In this document: positions 39,560-49,546 of the stretch, one piece after another
How the letters are laid out: each line of letters begins with the position of its first letter
Position numbering within the stretch: position 1 is the first letter of the stretch
NCBI GenBank assembly: GCA_965206745.1
Contig: OZ242220.1
Location: 928,001-992,000 of the forward strand
DNA: 64,000 nt
Source: Nitrosopumilus sp.
Lineage (GTDB): Archaea > Thermoproteota > Nitrososphaeria > Nitrososphaerales > Nitrosopumilaceae
Direction: 5' to 3'
Notes under the pieces: generated by a model
What the model was told of the DNA's origin: nothing
The model's input: the letters and a program-made list of their open reading frames with translations, nothing else
The model's database searches: none
Program-made: the position numbers and the translations under genes

Positions 39560-40665
39560 CTCTCTAAAACCAACACCGTAGATGACGTAGCAGCTGCAGA
39601 CATGTTGTGAACCAATCCCACTTTGGCGCCATCCACCTGTCTCCGGCTGGCATCTGATTGAAGCTGCTGCACAACTTCTATGGTTTGAGCAATCCCTGTC
39701 GCACCTAGAGGATGTCCACACCCAATTAACCCGCCCCTTGGGTTTATTTTGAAATTATCTGTCTGATGCAGCTCCTTGACCATCGTCATGCCCTGCCCCT
39801 CATTTGAAAACCCAATTGACTCTAATGCCATTGGCTCACAGACAGAAAATGCATCATGCAGTTCTGCAACGTCTATCTCGCCTATATTTTTTTTGGACAT
39901 TTTCAGTGCTGCTTTGCCAGCCTCCCTGGTGGATTCCAGGGATGCAAATGACATGTTTTTTGTGAATCCTGCAGATGTCGTCTTTTGCCCTATTCCCGTT
40001 ATCCAAACGGGGCTCTCTGAAAGCATCTTCACCCTTTCCTCAGACCCCAAAATGATTGATGCGCTTCCGGTGCACGGTCTTGAGCAATCCAACAGTCTTA
40101 GATCATCTGTGAGTCTTTTTGAATTCATCACATCCTCGACTGTGAATGTCTTATCTGATAACGCATTGGGATTCTCTGCTGCCTGCTTGTGATTTTTTAC
40201 CGATACTGTTGCCAGATCTTCATCAGATATGCCATATTCCCGTTTGTATGATTTTGAAAATATGGAGGACCAGAAGATTGGATGCTTGAACTCTCCGCGA
40301 GAACTATCCCACTCTAGCACATTTCCTGGACTGTCATATCTTTCAGCCCCTGTCACTAGTACCAAATCTGCAAGGCCTGATGCAATGTACGAGTATGCCG
40401 AAACGATAGAATTTGTGCCTGAATTGCATAGATTTTCAATGGAGTGGGCTATATTCGGCCGAATGCCTGCCATCTCAGACAAGATCGGGGAGAGATACTT
40501 TGAATTATTATTTGTGGACACTAGAACCGCATCCACGTCCTCTCTTTGTATGTGGGAATTGTTCTTAAAAGTCTCCCTTGCAGAGTCTAGCAAAATGGAC
40601 TCTATTTTTTTATCCTCCTTTGTAAAAGGAGTTATCCCGTATCCTGCAATTCCGACCTTGTTCAT
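39556..40665 (-). CDS. Thiolase (acetyl-CoA C-acyltransferase family)
   Basis: ENLCNSG, ELHDAF, NPRGGLIGCGHPLGATG. Confidence 0.92.
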   Translation of the reverse strand: MNKVGIAGYGITPFTKEDKKIESILLDSARETFKNNSHIQREDVDAVLVSTNNNSKYLSPILSEMAGIRPNIAHSIENLCNSGTNSIVSAYSYIASGLADLVLVTGAERYDSPGNVLEWDSSRGEFKHPIFWSSIFSKSYKREYGISDEDLATVSVKNHKQAAENPNALSDKTFTVEDVMNSKRLTDDLRLLDCSRPCTGSASIILGSEERVKMLSESPVWITGIGQKTTSAGFTKNMSFASLESTREAGKAALKMSKKNIGEIDVAELHDAFSVCEPMALESIGFSNEGQGMTMVKELHQTDNFKINPRGGLIGCGHPLGATGIAQTIEVVQQLQSDASRRQVDGAKVGLVHNMSAAATSSTVLVLER

Positions 40666-40666
40666 A

Positions 40667-41632
40667 TCATTCATCCAGAAATGCTTTTTTGAATATCTCA
40701 AACGAACTCATCGTGGAGCCAACAGGGTTAAACTGCAAGATGGGCTGATCAATTCCGACACTAGCAAAATTCTTTAACTGCTTTTTACATTCTTCTGCAG
40801 TGCCAGAAATTGCCAGAGATTGCAGCATCGTATCTGTTACCAGATCATGGTTTGATTTAAATCCTGATTTTTTGAATTCATCATAAATTTCACTCGTCTC
40901 TTTTTGATATCCGTTTTCTGACAAAAATTTACGGTAAATGTCCCCAACTGAGATATAAAACGCAATGGTTTTTTTTGCACGTAAAATCGCCTCCTCTGAA
41001 TTTTCAGAAACACACGTTATTAATTGGCATGCTACGTCTATTTTTTTCCTTGATTGCATTTCAGATATCGTTTGTTTCATTTCATTTAACGGTCTGAGAT
41101 AAAATATCACGCCATCTCCAATATTCCATGCAAGATCAACCATTCTTTTGTTTATGGCTGCCAGATAAATCGGGATCTCTCTCCGTTGGGGTTTGGTTAA
41201 CAGTGTGAAATTGTCCAGTTTGAAGATCTGACCATCATAATTTATCTGCTGGCCTGATAATGCAAGTCGGATTATCTCCACATACTCCCTCATTCTTTGC
41301 AACGGTCTTTCAAATTTATTGCCATGAAATGACTCGACTATGGGCAAGCTACTTGTACCAAGCCCTAAGACTAGCCTGCCATTGGATAGTGTATCCACAG
41401 TGGATGCCCCCATCGCAATTGCAGTTGGACTTCGGGAATAGATGTTGATTATTGATGAGCCAATCTTCTGATTTTTGGTCTTAGAGGATATCGCCCCCAT
41501 CATTGAAAAATTCTCCATGCCCCATGTTTCAGGTATCCATATCGTGTCCGTATCAGTCCTGGAGATTATTTCTGAGCATTTTATGATCTCCTCTATTGAC
41601 AATAATGACCCCAAACTACAGGAAACACGCAT
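40667..41632 (-). CDS. LLM-class (Mer-like, probably F420-dependent) oxidoreductase
   Basis: IWIPE, YSRSP, LSNGRLVLGLG, IPIYLAA. Confidence 0.9.
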   Translation of the reverse strand: MRVSCSLGSLLSIEEIIKCSEIISRTDTDTIWIPETWGMENFSMMGAISSKTKNQKIGSSIINIYSRSPTAIAMGASTVDTLSNGRLVLGLGTSSLPIVESFHGNKFERPLQRMREYVEIIRLALSGQQINYDGQIFKLDNFTLLTKPQRREIPIYLAAINKRMVDLAWNIGDGVIFYLRPLNEMKQTISEMQSRKKIDVACQLITCVSENSEEAILRAKKTIAFYISVGDIYRKFLSENGYQKETSEIYDEFKKSGFKSNHDLVTDTMLQSLAISGTAEECKKQLKNFASVGIDQPILQFNPVGSTMSSFEIFKKAFLDE

Positions 41633-41891
41633 GAGAATGGTATGGCTTTTGGATATTCTAGTGTATCTGTTTTAGCAATGGGTGAATTTTGGTTGAGGCT
41701 GAGTATTATCAGATCAGGACAGAATTAGGATTATTGAACCCGCAGATATTTTCAGAAAAAACGGATGAAAAATCAACATTTTGGCATAATGCAACAAAGT
41801 ATGCTCTAGCCAGCAAAGATGAGCACTTTGTTGAGGAAATTGCGTACTGCATGGTCACCTTACATAGAACCGGCGCGTAAGATTCTAGACT

Positions 41892-42560
41892 TTACCGTAT
41901 TATTTTCTCTACTTCCAAGGAGCACTCCTCCATGTCTTTAAACGAGTCTATGGAGTACCACCTTACATTCTTGAATTTTTCAATAGCGAGTCTTCCTTTT
42001 TTGGCATAATCTGGAAAGACTGTCTTTTCAATATCTCCCTTCTCTGGCAAATCCTTGAGGATGCTCTTATCCAAATGGTAAATACCTGCATTCATCCAGA
42101 CATCGGAAACCTCTTTTTTTTCCTTGAATTTTGTTACTTTGTCATTTACGGATTCCAGTATTCCAAACTTTGTTCTCAACTCTATTGATGCAATGCAGTT
42201 TGGTTTTTTGGATAGTTTTTCTAGATTTATGTCAGTTATGATGTCCCCATTTATTACAAAAAATGTCCCATCTTTGATCATTTTGCCTGCTTGCTTAATT
42301 GCACCCCCGGTACCCAGGGGGGTCTTTTCAATGGAGAATTTTATTTTGATTCCAATCTTCTTATTTTTTAGATGATCCTCGATCATCTCTTGCTTGTACC
42401 CCGTGCAGATTATTGCTTCGGATATGCCGTGTTTTTTAAGATATCGTAATTGCCACTCGATGATTGGAATGTTCTTGATTGGTACTAGTGGCTTTGGGAC
42501 ATAGTCTGTAACTGGTCTCAGTCTCTTCCCCCTGCCACCAGCTAAAATTATCGCCTTCAT
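41892..42560 (-). CDS. NDP-sugar nucleotidyltransferase family protein
   Basis: AIILAGGRGKRLRPVTDYVPKPL, PLGTGG, NGD. Confidence 0.92.
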   Translation of the reverse strand: MKAIILAGGRGKRLRPVTDYVPKPLVPIKNIPIIEWQLRYLKKHGISEAIICTGYKQEMIEDHLKNKKIGIKIKFSIEKTPLGTGGAIKQAGKMIKDGTFFVINGDIITDINLEKLSKKPNCIASIELRTKFGILESVNDKVTKFKEKKEVSDVWMNAGIYHLDKSILKDLPEKGDIEKTVFPDYAKKGRLAIEKFKNVRWYSIDSFKDMEECSLEVEKIIR

Positions 42561-42809
42561 CTATTGAACGTTGGATTTTTCAGGCTTTATGTTTTCAGAT
42601 TTCACAATATCCTCCATTTTTTTTGCAAATTCATTGTAGATTTGTTCTAGTTCTTTTAGCGGCATCTCAATGCCCAATAACTTTAGGGTCTTATTCCAAG
42701 ACTCGATGTATTTCTCATCATCAAGCCCCTTTCCAAGGGTTTCAGCAATGGAGTGCACACCCTCAGTCTTTCCTAAAGCGTAAATTGCAATGTCCCTGTC
42801 AGTCAACAA
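42561..42809 (-). CDS. Hypothetical protein
   Basis: ORF track; tightly coupled to neighbours. Confidence 0.7.
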   Translation of the reverse strand: MLTDRDIAIYALGKTEGVHSIAETLGKGLDDEKYIESWNKTLKLLGIEMPLKELEQIYNEFAKKMEDIVKSENIKPEKSNVQ

Positions 42810-42937
42810 GATCCTTCACTTTCTGTCAGATAGTAATGTAGTTCAGTGTAGCATTCTACACAATAATCCTCAAATTTGGTATGATCACAATCATACACCT
42901 TTTTGACATCATTTTCACATTTTGAACAAGTAGGCAT
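42803..42937 (-). CDS. 44-aa Cys/His-rich microprotein
   Basis: Hand translation MPTCSKCENDVKKVYDCDHTKFEDYCVECYTELHYYLTESEGSC; fills an operon gap. Confidence 0.7.
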   Translation of the reverse strand: MPTCSKCENDVKKVYDCDHTKFEDYCVECYTELHYYLTESEGSC

Positions 42938-42946
42938 TGCAATTGC

Positions 42947-43339
42947 CTAGGATTTCTTTATTTTGAATATGCCCAATCCAATCTGAATTAGGCCTGCACT
43001 GATTAATGGAATTGTCTCAGAGAGGACATCCCTGCCAGACTCTTCTGCCTCTACCGGATCCGCATTGCCAATTACCACTGCACCGCCGACTATAATCAGA
43101 ATACCTGCCACTATTATCATAACTCCAAGTCCTTTTGATGATTCCTTTCTTGAAATGATATATGCGATGATTGGCAATATCAAGGCTGGAAGTCCCAATC
43201 CCATGCCTCTAACTTTATGATCAAATGGTATGAATCCCTCTCCGCTATCAGAACTATACCCTACAACTACATCTATCCCGTATACTACCAGTAGTGCGAT
43301 CGCTATTCCAGTTATGATTAAGGCGGGGGTCAAGGCCAT
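42947..43339 (-). CDS. Four-TM membrane protein
   Basis: Four hydrophobic segments. Confidence 0.8.
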   Translation of the reverse strand: MALTPALIITGIAIALLVVYGIDVVVGYSSDSGEGFIPFDHKVRGMGLGLPALILPIIAYIISRKESSKGLGVMIIVAGILIIVGGAVVIGNADPVEAEESGRDVLSETIPLISAGLIQIGLGIFKIKKS

Positions 43340-43368
43340 GACGTGGTTTAATTCTTGTAATTAATAAA

Positions 43369-44517
43369 TCAATCAGATGTCTTGATGATGGCTTTCGGTT
43401 TTACTTTGTGCAATTTATCCAATAGTTCATCAACTGATTCACCCTCAATTCCAACGATGTTGAGATGCCCCAACTTTCGCAGCGGTTTTGATATTTTTTT
43501 GCCATACATTTTCAAAGATATCCCCGGACCTGCAATCTCCAATGGCTCGTATCCTCCTGTAAATCCCTCACTTCCTAAAATATTATACATTACAGCATTG
43601 TAAATTAGATTAGTGCTGCCCAACTCCAATCCCAAAATTGCTCTTAAATGTTGTTCAAACTGTGACGTTTCACTGGACTGCAATGTGTGATGACCTGAAT
43701 TGTGCACCCGTGGGGCGATTTCATTAACTACAACACCTTGATCTTTGGTAACAAACATCTCTATCCCAAAAATGCCCGCACCCCTCAGTACGGTCATTGT
43801 TTTTTCTGCTATGTGCTGAGCCTGTTTGGCGATTTGATCAGAGACCCTGGCAGGGGCAATCGTTTCCCGCAAAATGTTTTTCAGATGTATGTTCTCAACT
43901 AGGGGATATGTCTTGATCTGGCCTTGGGTGTTTCTAGATGCAATTACTGATACCTCCATGTTAAAGGGGACAAATTTTTCTAAAAGCAGGGGCTGTCCCT
44001 TAAAATAATCAAAGGCCTTTTGAATTTCATCTTTTGAGTCGATTTTAAAATTGCCTCGTCCATCATATGCGTCTCTACGTGCCTTAAGCATGGCAGGAAA
44101 TCCAAATTTCTCCAGTCCTGCCTTGACATCCTCGATATCTTTTACCTCCATAAATTCTGGAACCGGTATGTCGTTCTCACTTAGAAATGATTTTTGTAAA
44201 AATTTGTCCTGGATGATCTTCAAAGTCTCAGGCGACGGATTGACTTGGGCCCTGTCTTGAACTGATTTTAAAACATCGCTGTCACCTGATTCAATCTCAT
44301 AAGTGATGATATCTGATTTGTTTGCCAGATCTATGATGGCGTCCCTATCTTTAAAATCAGCAATTATTTGTATGGCGCCCACTTGTGATGCAGGGCAATT
44401 TTCGGTAGGATCTAAGACGATAATTTCAGATATCTCATCAGGCATTTTTTTAGCAGCCTCGACAATCATCATGCCCAGCTGGCCTCCGCCTATGATTCCA
44501 AGTGTCTTTGCCATCAC
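43369..44517 (-). CDS. purK: N5-CAIR synthetase
   Basis: GIIGGGQLGMM, YDGRGN, NEIAPRVHNSGH, SQFEQHLRA. Confidence 0.96.
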   Translation of the reverse strand: MMAKTLGIIGGGQLGMMIVEAAKKMPDEISEIIVLDPTENCPASQVGAIQIIADFKDRDAIIDLANKSDIITYEIESGDSDVLKSVQDRAQVNPSPETLKIIQDKFLQKSFLSENDIPVPEFMEVKDIEDVKAGLEKFGFPAMLKARRDAYDGRGNFKIDSKDEIQKAFDYFKGQPLLLEKFVPFNMEVSVIASRNTQGQIKTYPLVENIHLKNILRETIAPARVSDQIAKQAQHIAEKTMTVLRGAGIFGIEMFVTKDQGVVVNEIAPRVHNSGHHTLQSSETSQFEQHLRAILGLELGSTNLIYNAVMYNILGSEGFTGGYEPLEIAGPGISLKMYGKKISKPLRKLGHLNIVGIEGESVDELLDKLHKVKPKAIIKTSD

Positions 44518-44620
44518 AAATCGGATATTTTTGGATTAAAAATATCTAATGTTGCCTCAAACAGTAAACTCTGTGCTGTATAATAGAATTGTTAATTACT
44601 CGCTAGTTTTTTGTATTATC

Positions 44621-45196
44621 ATGGCATATTCAAAAAAGCCGCTTGTCGGAATTATAATGGGATCAAGCTCAGATAGCAGAATCATGCAGGGGGCAGCTGA
44701 GATTTTAGATGAGTATAATATCAAACATGAGGATCAGATTGTATCTGCACACAGAACTCCTGCAAGGTTGGCAGAATATGCAAAACATGCAGAAGAGATG
44801 GGGTTTAAGATCATTATTGCTGGTGCAGGCGGAGCCGCCCATCTGCCGGGAATGATTGCATCCCACACAACTATCCCAGTCATTGGGGTTCCCATACTAG
44901 TGTACAATGACAAACATCCAAAAAAATCCGACACTGCAAAATTTTCTGCATTTGGGGGATTGGACTCACTTTTATCCATCACAGAAATGCCATCTGGCTC
45001 TCCTGTTGTAGCTGTGGGGGTAAACAAGGCAGGCAATGCAGGAATTTATGCAATGAAAGTGCTTGCAAATGAGTTTCCAGACTTGAAAAAAACCCTAAAA
45101 GAACACAAATCAAATCAACACAACTCAGTCATCAAGGAATCAGATCAATTGAAAAAAGAAGGACTCTCAAAATTTGCCAAAAGGAAATTCAAATGA
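44621..45196 (+). CDS. purE: N5-CAIR mutase
   Basis: IMGSSSD, SAHRTP, AGAGGAAHLPGM. Confidence 0.96.
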   Translation: MAYSKKPLVGIIMGSSSDSRIMQGAAEILDEYNIKHEDQIVSAHRTPARLAEYAKHAEEMGFKIIIAGAGGAAHLPGMIASHTTIPVIGVPILVYNDKHPKKSDTAKFSAFGGLDSLLSITEMPSGSPVVAVGVNKAGNAGIYAMKVLANEFPDLKKTLKEHKSNQHNSVIKESDQLKKEGLSKFAKRKFK

Positions 45197-45197
45197 C

Positions 45198-46406
45198 TCA
45201 AGTTAACAGTGTGAATTGAATATTTTTCTTTTTTAATGCATCAATGAACAGTTCTGCCTGTTCTTTTCCCTGGGTTTCCAGACTCAAAGTCACTCCTGCA
45301 GAGCCTGCATTGATTTTTGAGCTCAGCCTATCATGGACCACTTCAACGATATTTGCGTTGGCCAAGGTTATCTCATCGACAATATCTTTGAAAGCCCCCG
45401 GCCTATCTGGCAGTAAGATGGATATTTTTAGCAATCTGCCCATTGCGGCAAGTCCTTTGTCTACTATTTGTCCTAATAGATACATATCCACATTGCCACC
45501 TGCCAAAATCACCACAACTTTTTTGCCTGCTGCAGGCTTTTGAGATATCAGGTAGGCCAAACTCGAAGCCCCTGCCGGCTCTACGACAAACTTCATTCGT
45601 TCCATTAGCAAGAACATGGCCTTTGTAATTTCTACATCATCAACTAAAACTATGTCGTCTATTAGCTCCTTGATTATCTCAAAGGTCAACTGTCCTGGAA
45701 CTTTTACAGATATGCCATCGGCAATGGTCCTCTCGCCCCCGCTTGAAGTGATTGAACCCTGTTTGAACGAATCATGCATGGATGGAAATGATCTTGATTG
45801 GACCCCAATGACTTTGATCTGCGGATTTTTTTCTTTGATGGCAATCAGCGTTCCAGCGGCTAATCCCCCGCCCCCTATTGGAAGATAGATTTCCTCAACA
45901 TCAGGCAAATCTTCTAGTATTTCCAGACCTATTACACCTTGAGCCGCGATTATCTGTGGATCATCAAATGCGTGAATCATTGTGGCACCTGTCTCCTGTG
46001 CTATCTCTTTAGCTTTGTTTGAAGATTCGTCATAATTGGTGCCTTCCAGTACTACCTTTGCGCCATAGCCCCTAGTAGCTGCCACTTTGGCAGGGGATGC
46101 ATTTTTTGGCATCACAATAGTGCATGGTATTTTTTCCAAGGATGACGCAAACGCGACACCTTGCGCATGATTACCTGCTGATGCTGCAACCACGCCCTGT
46201 TTTTTTTCTTGATCTGATAATGATTTTATTTTATAGTAAGCCCCACGAATTTTAAAAGAACCTGTCTTTTGTCGAAATTCTGTCTTTAGATAAATCTCCG
46301 AACCAGTTAATTTACTAAATGTTGAGGAGTGTATTAGCGGCGTCTTCTTTATCTCATCACCTCGTAACGAATTGGCATTTTCTATTTCATCATATGTGGG
46401 GTTCAT
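45198..46406 (-). CDS. ilvA: Threonine ammonia-lyase with ACT domain
   Basis: QKTGSFKIRGA, SAGNHAQG, GGGGL, PDRPG. Confidence 0.95.
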   Translation of the reverse strand: MNPTYDEIENANSLRGDEIKKTPLIHSSTFSKLTGSEIYLKTEFRQKTGSFKIRGAYYKIKSLSDQEKKQGVVAASAGNHAQGVAFASSLEKIPCTIVMPKNASPAKVAATRGYGAKVVLEGTNYDESSNKAKEIAQETGATMIHAFDDPQIIAAQGVIGLEILEDLPDVEEIYLPIGGGGLAAGTLIAIKEKNPQIKVIGVQSRSFPSMHDSFKQGSITSSGGERTIADGISVKVPGQLTFEIIKELIDDIVLVDDVEITKAMFLLMERMKFVVEPAGASSLAYLISQKPAAGKKVVVILAGGNVDMYLLGQIVDKGLAAMGRLLKISILLPDRPGAFKDIVDEITLANANIVEVVHDRLSSKINAGSAGVTLSLETQGKEQAELFIDALKKKNIQFTLLT

Positions 46407-46587
46407 GGGAAATGTTGCTATTGATTTGGGGTATTTGACTTCTTCTACAGAAGTGTTACATCTTTGACCAAATTTTTAAGCGTAAAGCTTCAGGAATGAC
46501 TAAATAGTTAGAAAATCTCGCTGAAGGTATATCCAGAAGCCGGATCTCCCCTTTGAGATGATATCTCATTTTCCGGTTTCTTGGATC

Positions 46588-47427
46588 TTATGATGAAATC
46601 ACGGTTTGAAGCACATCTAGTCTCTTTAGAATATTTTCTTTGACAGTGTCGGAGATTTTTCTAGGATCAAATACCCCCTGGCGACTGCCGTTTTTGATAA
46701 ATTCCAAATCCAATGTTAACAGACACCCCTCCTCCCCTGCAACCAACCTTGGATCATCAATTAGTACAGGTGATGCCTGGTACGTTTCAATCAAAAGTGA
46801 ATCAAGTTCAGAAAACAATTTGGTCTTTTTTTCAGACATCTCTTGGAAATCCACCCCTGCATCTTTTTGAATTTCGGCAAATATTTTCTCCCTGAACTCA
46901 TCATTTTCATAAAACACCTCAAATAATTTCTGGTGATCAAAGTCCTTGTATCCCATCTCCTTTAATTTTTCTAAAACCACCTGATCACTTTTATCTGAAA
47001 GTTGCTCTTGCTCGTTTTTTGTCAAGTCAATGATTCTTGCCAATTCTTTTTGACAGTCAATCACTCGCTGATTTGGCTTGTAGTATAGTAATACGTGAAA
47101 CTGCAGTGACAGGTGCCCTGATATCAAATAGTTGCCTTCTTTAATCTCAAATTTTGTAAAGATTCTTCTCAAATCCTGATTGTTTGTAATGGACACATCT
47201 TGGGCAGACCATCCTTCAAGGGAATCGTTGATTTTCTGAAAATAATCCGAAACAAGTTTTGGATCAAATGTTTTTTGCTCCGTAATGGTAGAATCACCCA
47301 TCATCACTTTGGTGTCGATCATTTTTGTCAGATCGATGATTTTGGGCAGGTATGATTTTTGGATTGATTCGTTTTTTTCATTTAGGATCTGAATAAATTC
47401 ATTGGGTGTTCTGGAACCTAATCTCAC
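46588..47427 (-). CDS. Conserved hypothetical protein
   Basis: Long ORF with host-like composition. Confidence 0.8.
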   Translation of the reverse strand: MRLGSRTPNEFIQILNEKNESIQKSYLPKIIDLTKMIDTKVMMGDSTITEQKTFDPKLVSDYFQKINDSLEGWSAQDVSITNNQDLRRIFTKFEIKEGNYLISGHLSLQFHVLLYYKPNQRVIDCQKELARIIDLTKNEQEQLSDKSDQVVLEKLKEMGYKDFDHQKLFEVFYENDEFREKIFAEIQKDAGVDFQEMSEKKTKLFSELDSLLIETYQASPVLIDDPRLVAGEEGCLLTLDLEFIKNGSRQGVFDPRKISDTVKENILKRLDVLQTVISS

Positions 47428-47494
47428 AGAAAATATCAGATAATCGCTCTCCTTAAACCTTCATCCTTAAATCTGAATAGATGGAATGTAAAAC

Positions 47495-47617
47495 ATGAAC
47501 AATTTTAAAATCCCATGTGATCATTGTAATGATGATATTACCGAATACTATCATGATGGATACAAGGGGAAAAGGGGCAAATGTCACAGGTGTGGAGTGG
47601 ATTTTCCTCTGGAATAA
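47495..47617 (+). CDS. 40-aa zinc-finger microprotein directly before the cyclase
   Basis: Hand translation MNNFKIPCDHCNDDITEYYHDGYKGKRGKCHRCGVDFPLE. Confidence 0.7.
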   Translation: MNNFKIPCDHCNDDITEYYHDGYKGKRGKCHRCGVDFPLE

Positions 47618-47620
47618 AAG

Positions 47621-48442
47621 GTGGTTTTGATGACTGAAGAAGAAAATGAGATAAAAAAAGATTCGCCCGAGTCGGATCCAACCAACATGGTAGACATGTT
47701 ACTGAGCAAGAATCAACAGCGGACTTTGGATTCTGAAACCATGATTTTGGAAACCCAGAAACGCGTTTGGGGAGCTTTGAAAAAAGGCTACGAATATTCT
47801 GGGATAATTGACGAGTCTGATAGATTTTTGAGAAAACATGTTTTTTCAAAATTAGACATGGTTGTACTGTATGTGGATTTAGTCGGTTCAACCACGATGA
47901 CCTTGGAGATGCCTGAAGAGAAGATTGCGATAATCATTAGCTCGTTTTCACAAGAGATGGCATCGGTGATTCGTCAGAATCACGGATATGTGTTGAAATT
48001 TGTAGGCGATGCGGTGATTGGTTATTTTATTGCAGAAAAAAATGGGTTACTTTCAGCAGACAATGCTGTTAATTGTGCAAAATCCATGATTTCAATCATA
48101 CAAAAGGGAATCAATCCGATTCTAAACCAATACGACTATCCTGATTTAATGGTAAAGATCGGCGTCGATATGGGACAAAACATTGTTGTGAGGTATGGTG
48201 CAGATGTAGAACACTCACATGTGGATTTGATGGGGCCTGCCATGAATATTGCATCCAAAATTCAAAACATGGCAAAACCCAACCAGATTTTGATTGGCAA
48301 TGATGTATTTCAAAGAATACACCCTAGCTCACAAAAGGACTTTGTTCAGATAGTTTGGAAAGAGGGCGAGTGGAAATATCGTTCTAGGGCCACAGGTGAA
48401 ATTTACAATGTTTTTGAGTTCAAAGAACAAACCGACTTGTAA
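47621..48442 (+). CDS. Class III adenylate/guanylate cyclase
   Basis: LYVDLVGST, VLKFVGDAV, DLMGPAMNIASKIQ. Confidence 0.92.
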   Translation: MVLMTEEENEIKKDSPESDPTNMVDMLLSKNQQRTLDSETMILETQKRVWGALKKGYEYSGIIDESDRFLRKHVFSKLDMVVLYVDLVGSTTMTLEMPEEKIAIIISSFSQEMASVIRQNHGYVLKFVGDAVIGYFIAEKNGLLSADNAVNCAKSMISIIQKGINPILNQYDYPDLMVKIGVDMGQNIVVRYGADVEHSHVDLMGPAMNIASKIQNMAKPNQILIGNDVFQRIHPSSQKDFVQIVWKEGEWKYRSRATGEIYNVFEFKEQTDL

Positions 48443-48727
48443 TCATGTGGTAAATTTGCAAGGACACTCTACGTGCTCATAGTGATGCTCTGTAAATTTT
48501 TTTTGAACTACATAAATTACAATTTTATGTAACTCTCTTTCCAGGATCTCACTTTTACATTTTAGGCAGGATTTTTTAATCTGTTCCATACGTATCTGCG
48601 ATCAAAATTACGAATCTATAAGGATCTGCGATCAGCTCAAGTTGAGCTAAAACGCCTGAAGATTGAGTTAATGGTATATCAAATGCGTAAAGCAAGCCAC
48701 AAATATGGCAAATATTCGCTGTAAATC

Positions 48728-49096
48728 ATGGAAAATGCGATGACAGGCCACCTACGTGACCTTTATGGATTAAATCCAAACATCCCCCATGTGGCATTTC
48801 AATTTCCAAGACTACCTCCGGGACTATCAAATCAAATGTTCAAAAACCATGAGAATCCGATGAAAAGGCAGTTTCTGCAAAATGCAGAGAATATGGCTCA
48901 AAAACTTCAAGGATTCCAACACATGTATCAGCAATATGCCGCAGGGCTGTTGAGCATGAACTCAGATGTCATTCCGCCTGGCCATCCGGCATATACTAGA
49001 AAAAATTCCATAGAAATGCTACGAACAGAGAACGACAAACTGATCAAAGAGAACTTGGAATTAAAGAAAAAGATAGATAAAACAAACACAAAATAG
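48728..49096 (+). CDS. Hypothetical protein with C-terminal coiled coil
   Basis: LRTENDKLIKENLELKK. Confidence 0.7.
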   Translation: MENAMTGHLRDLYGLNPNIPHVAFQFPRLPPGLSNQMFKNHENPMKRQFLQNAENMAQKLQGFQHMYQQYAAGLLSMNSDVIPPGHPAYTRKNSIEMLRTENDKLIKENLELKKKIDKTNTK

Positions 49097-49159
49097 CAGT
49101 GTCAGTCCCAAAAGCACACTAGGCAACATGCTTATTAATTTCAAAAAAATACTTTAATC

Positions 49160-49546
49160 ATGGTAAAAACTCCTGCAGGTAAATGGAAAGAGGCTGTAAT
49201 CAAGTACAAGGAACAGTGCCAAAATATTTTAAAAATTTCAAACGATATCAGATATGCAGGAGTTATCAACATGCATGGTCGAACCCTGACTGGAATCATA
49301 AGACCGAATCTAAAACCTCTCTTAAAATCAGAACATGTTAAAAATGAATTCTTTATAATTTCAACCCTGATATCATTAAGAAAAGAATCCAGCACGGATA
49401 TCGGTAAACTGGAGCACGTGGTTCTGCAACATCAAAAAGTGGCAATTCTTATTTTACAAAAAAACAATGTCACATACTATGTTTCAATCAATAAAAAAGA
49501 AAAAAACTTGGAGAAGATTGTCTCCAAGATTAAAAAGACGATCTAG
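49160..49546 (+). CDS. Roadblock/longin-like thaumarchaeal protein (DUF6659-like)
   Basis: C..IL....IRYAGVIN..GR...G..R....PLL...G.L...V. Confidence 0.7.
   Translation: MVKTPAGKWKEAVIKYKEQCQNILKISNDIRYAGVINMHGRTLTGIIRPNLKPLLKSEHVKNEFFIISTLISLRKESSTDIGKLEHVVLQHQKVAILILQKNNVTYYVSINKKEKNLEKIVSKIKKTI

Noticed and set aside
41689-41880. 63-aa plus-strand ORF
   Set aside because: Non-ATG start and no recognisable motif; could be a gene relic
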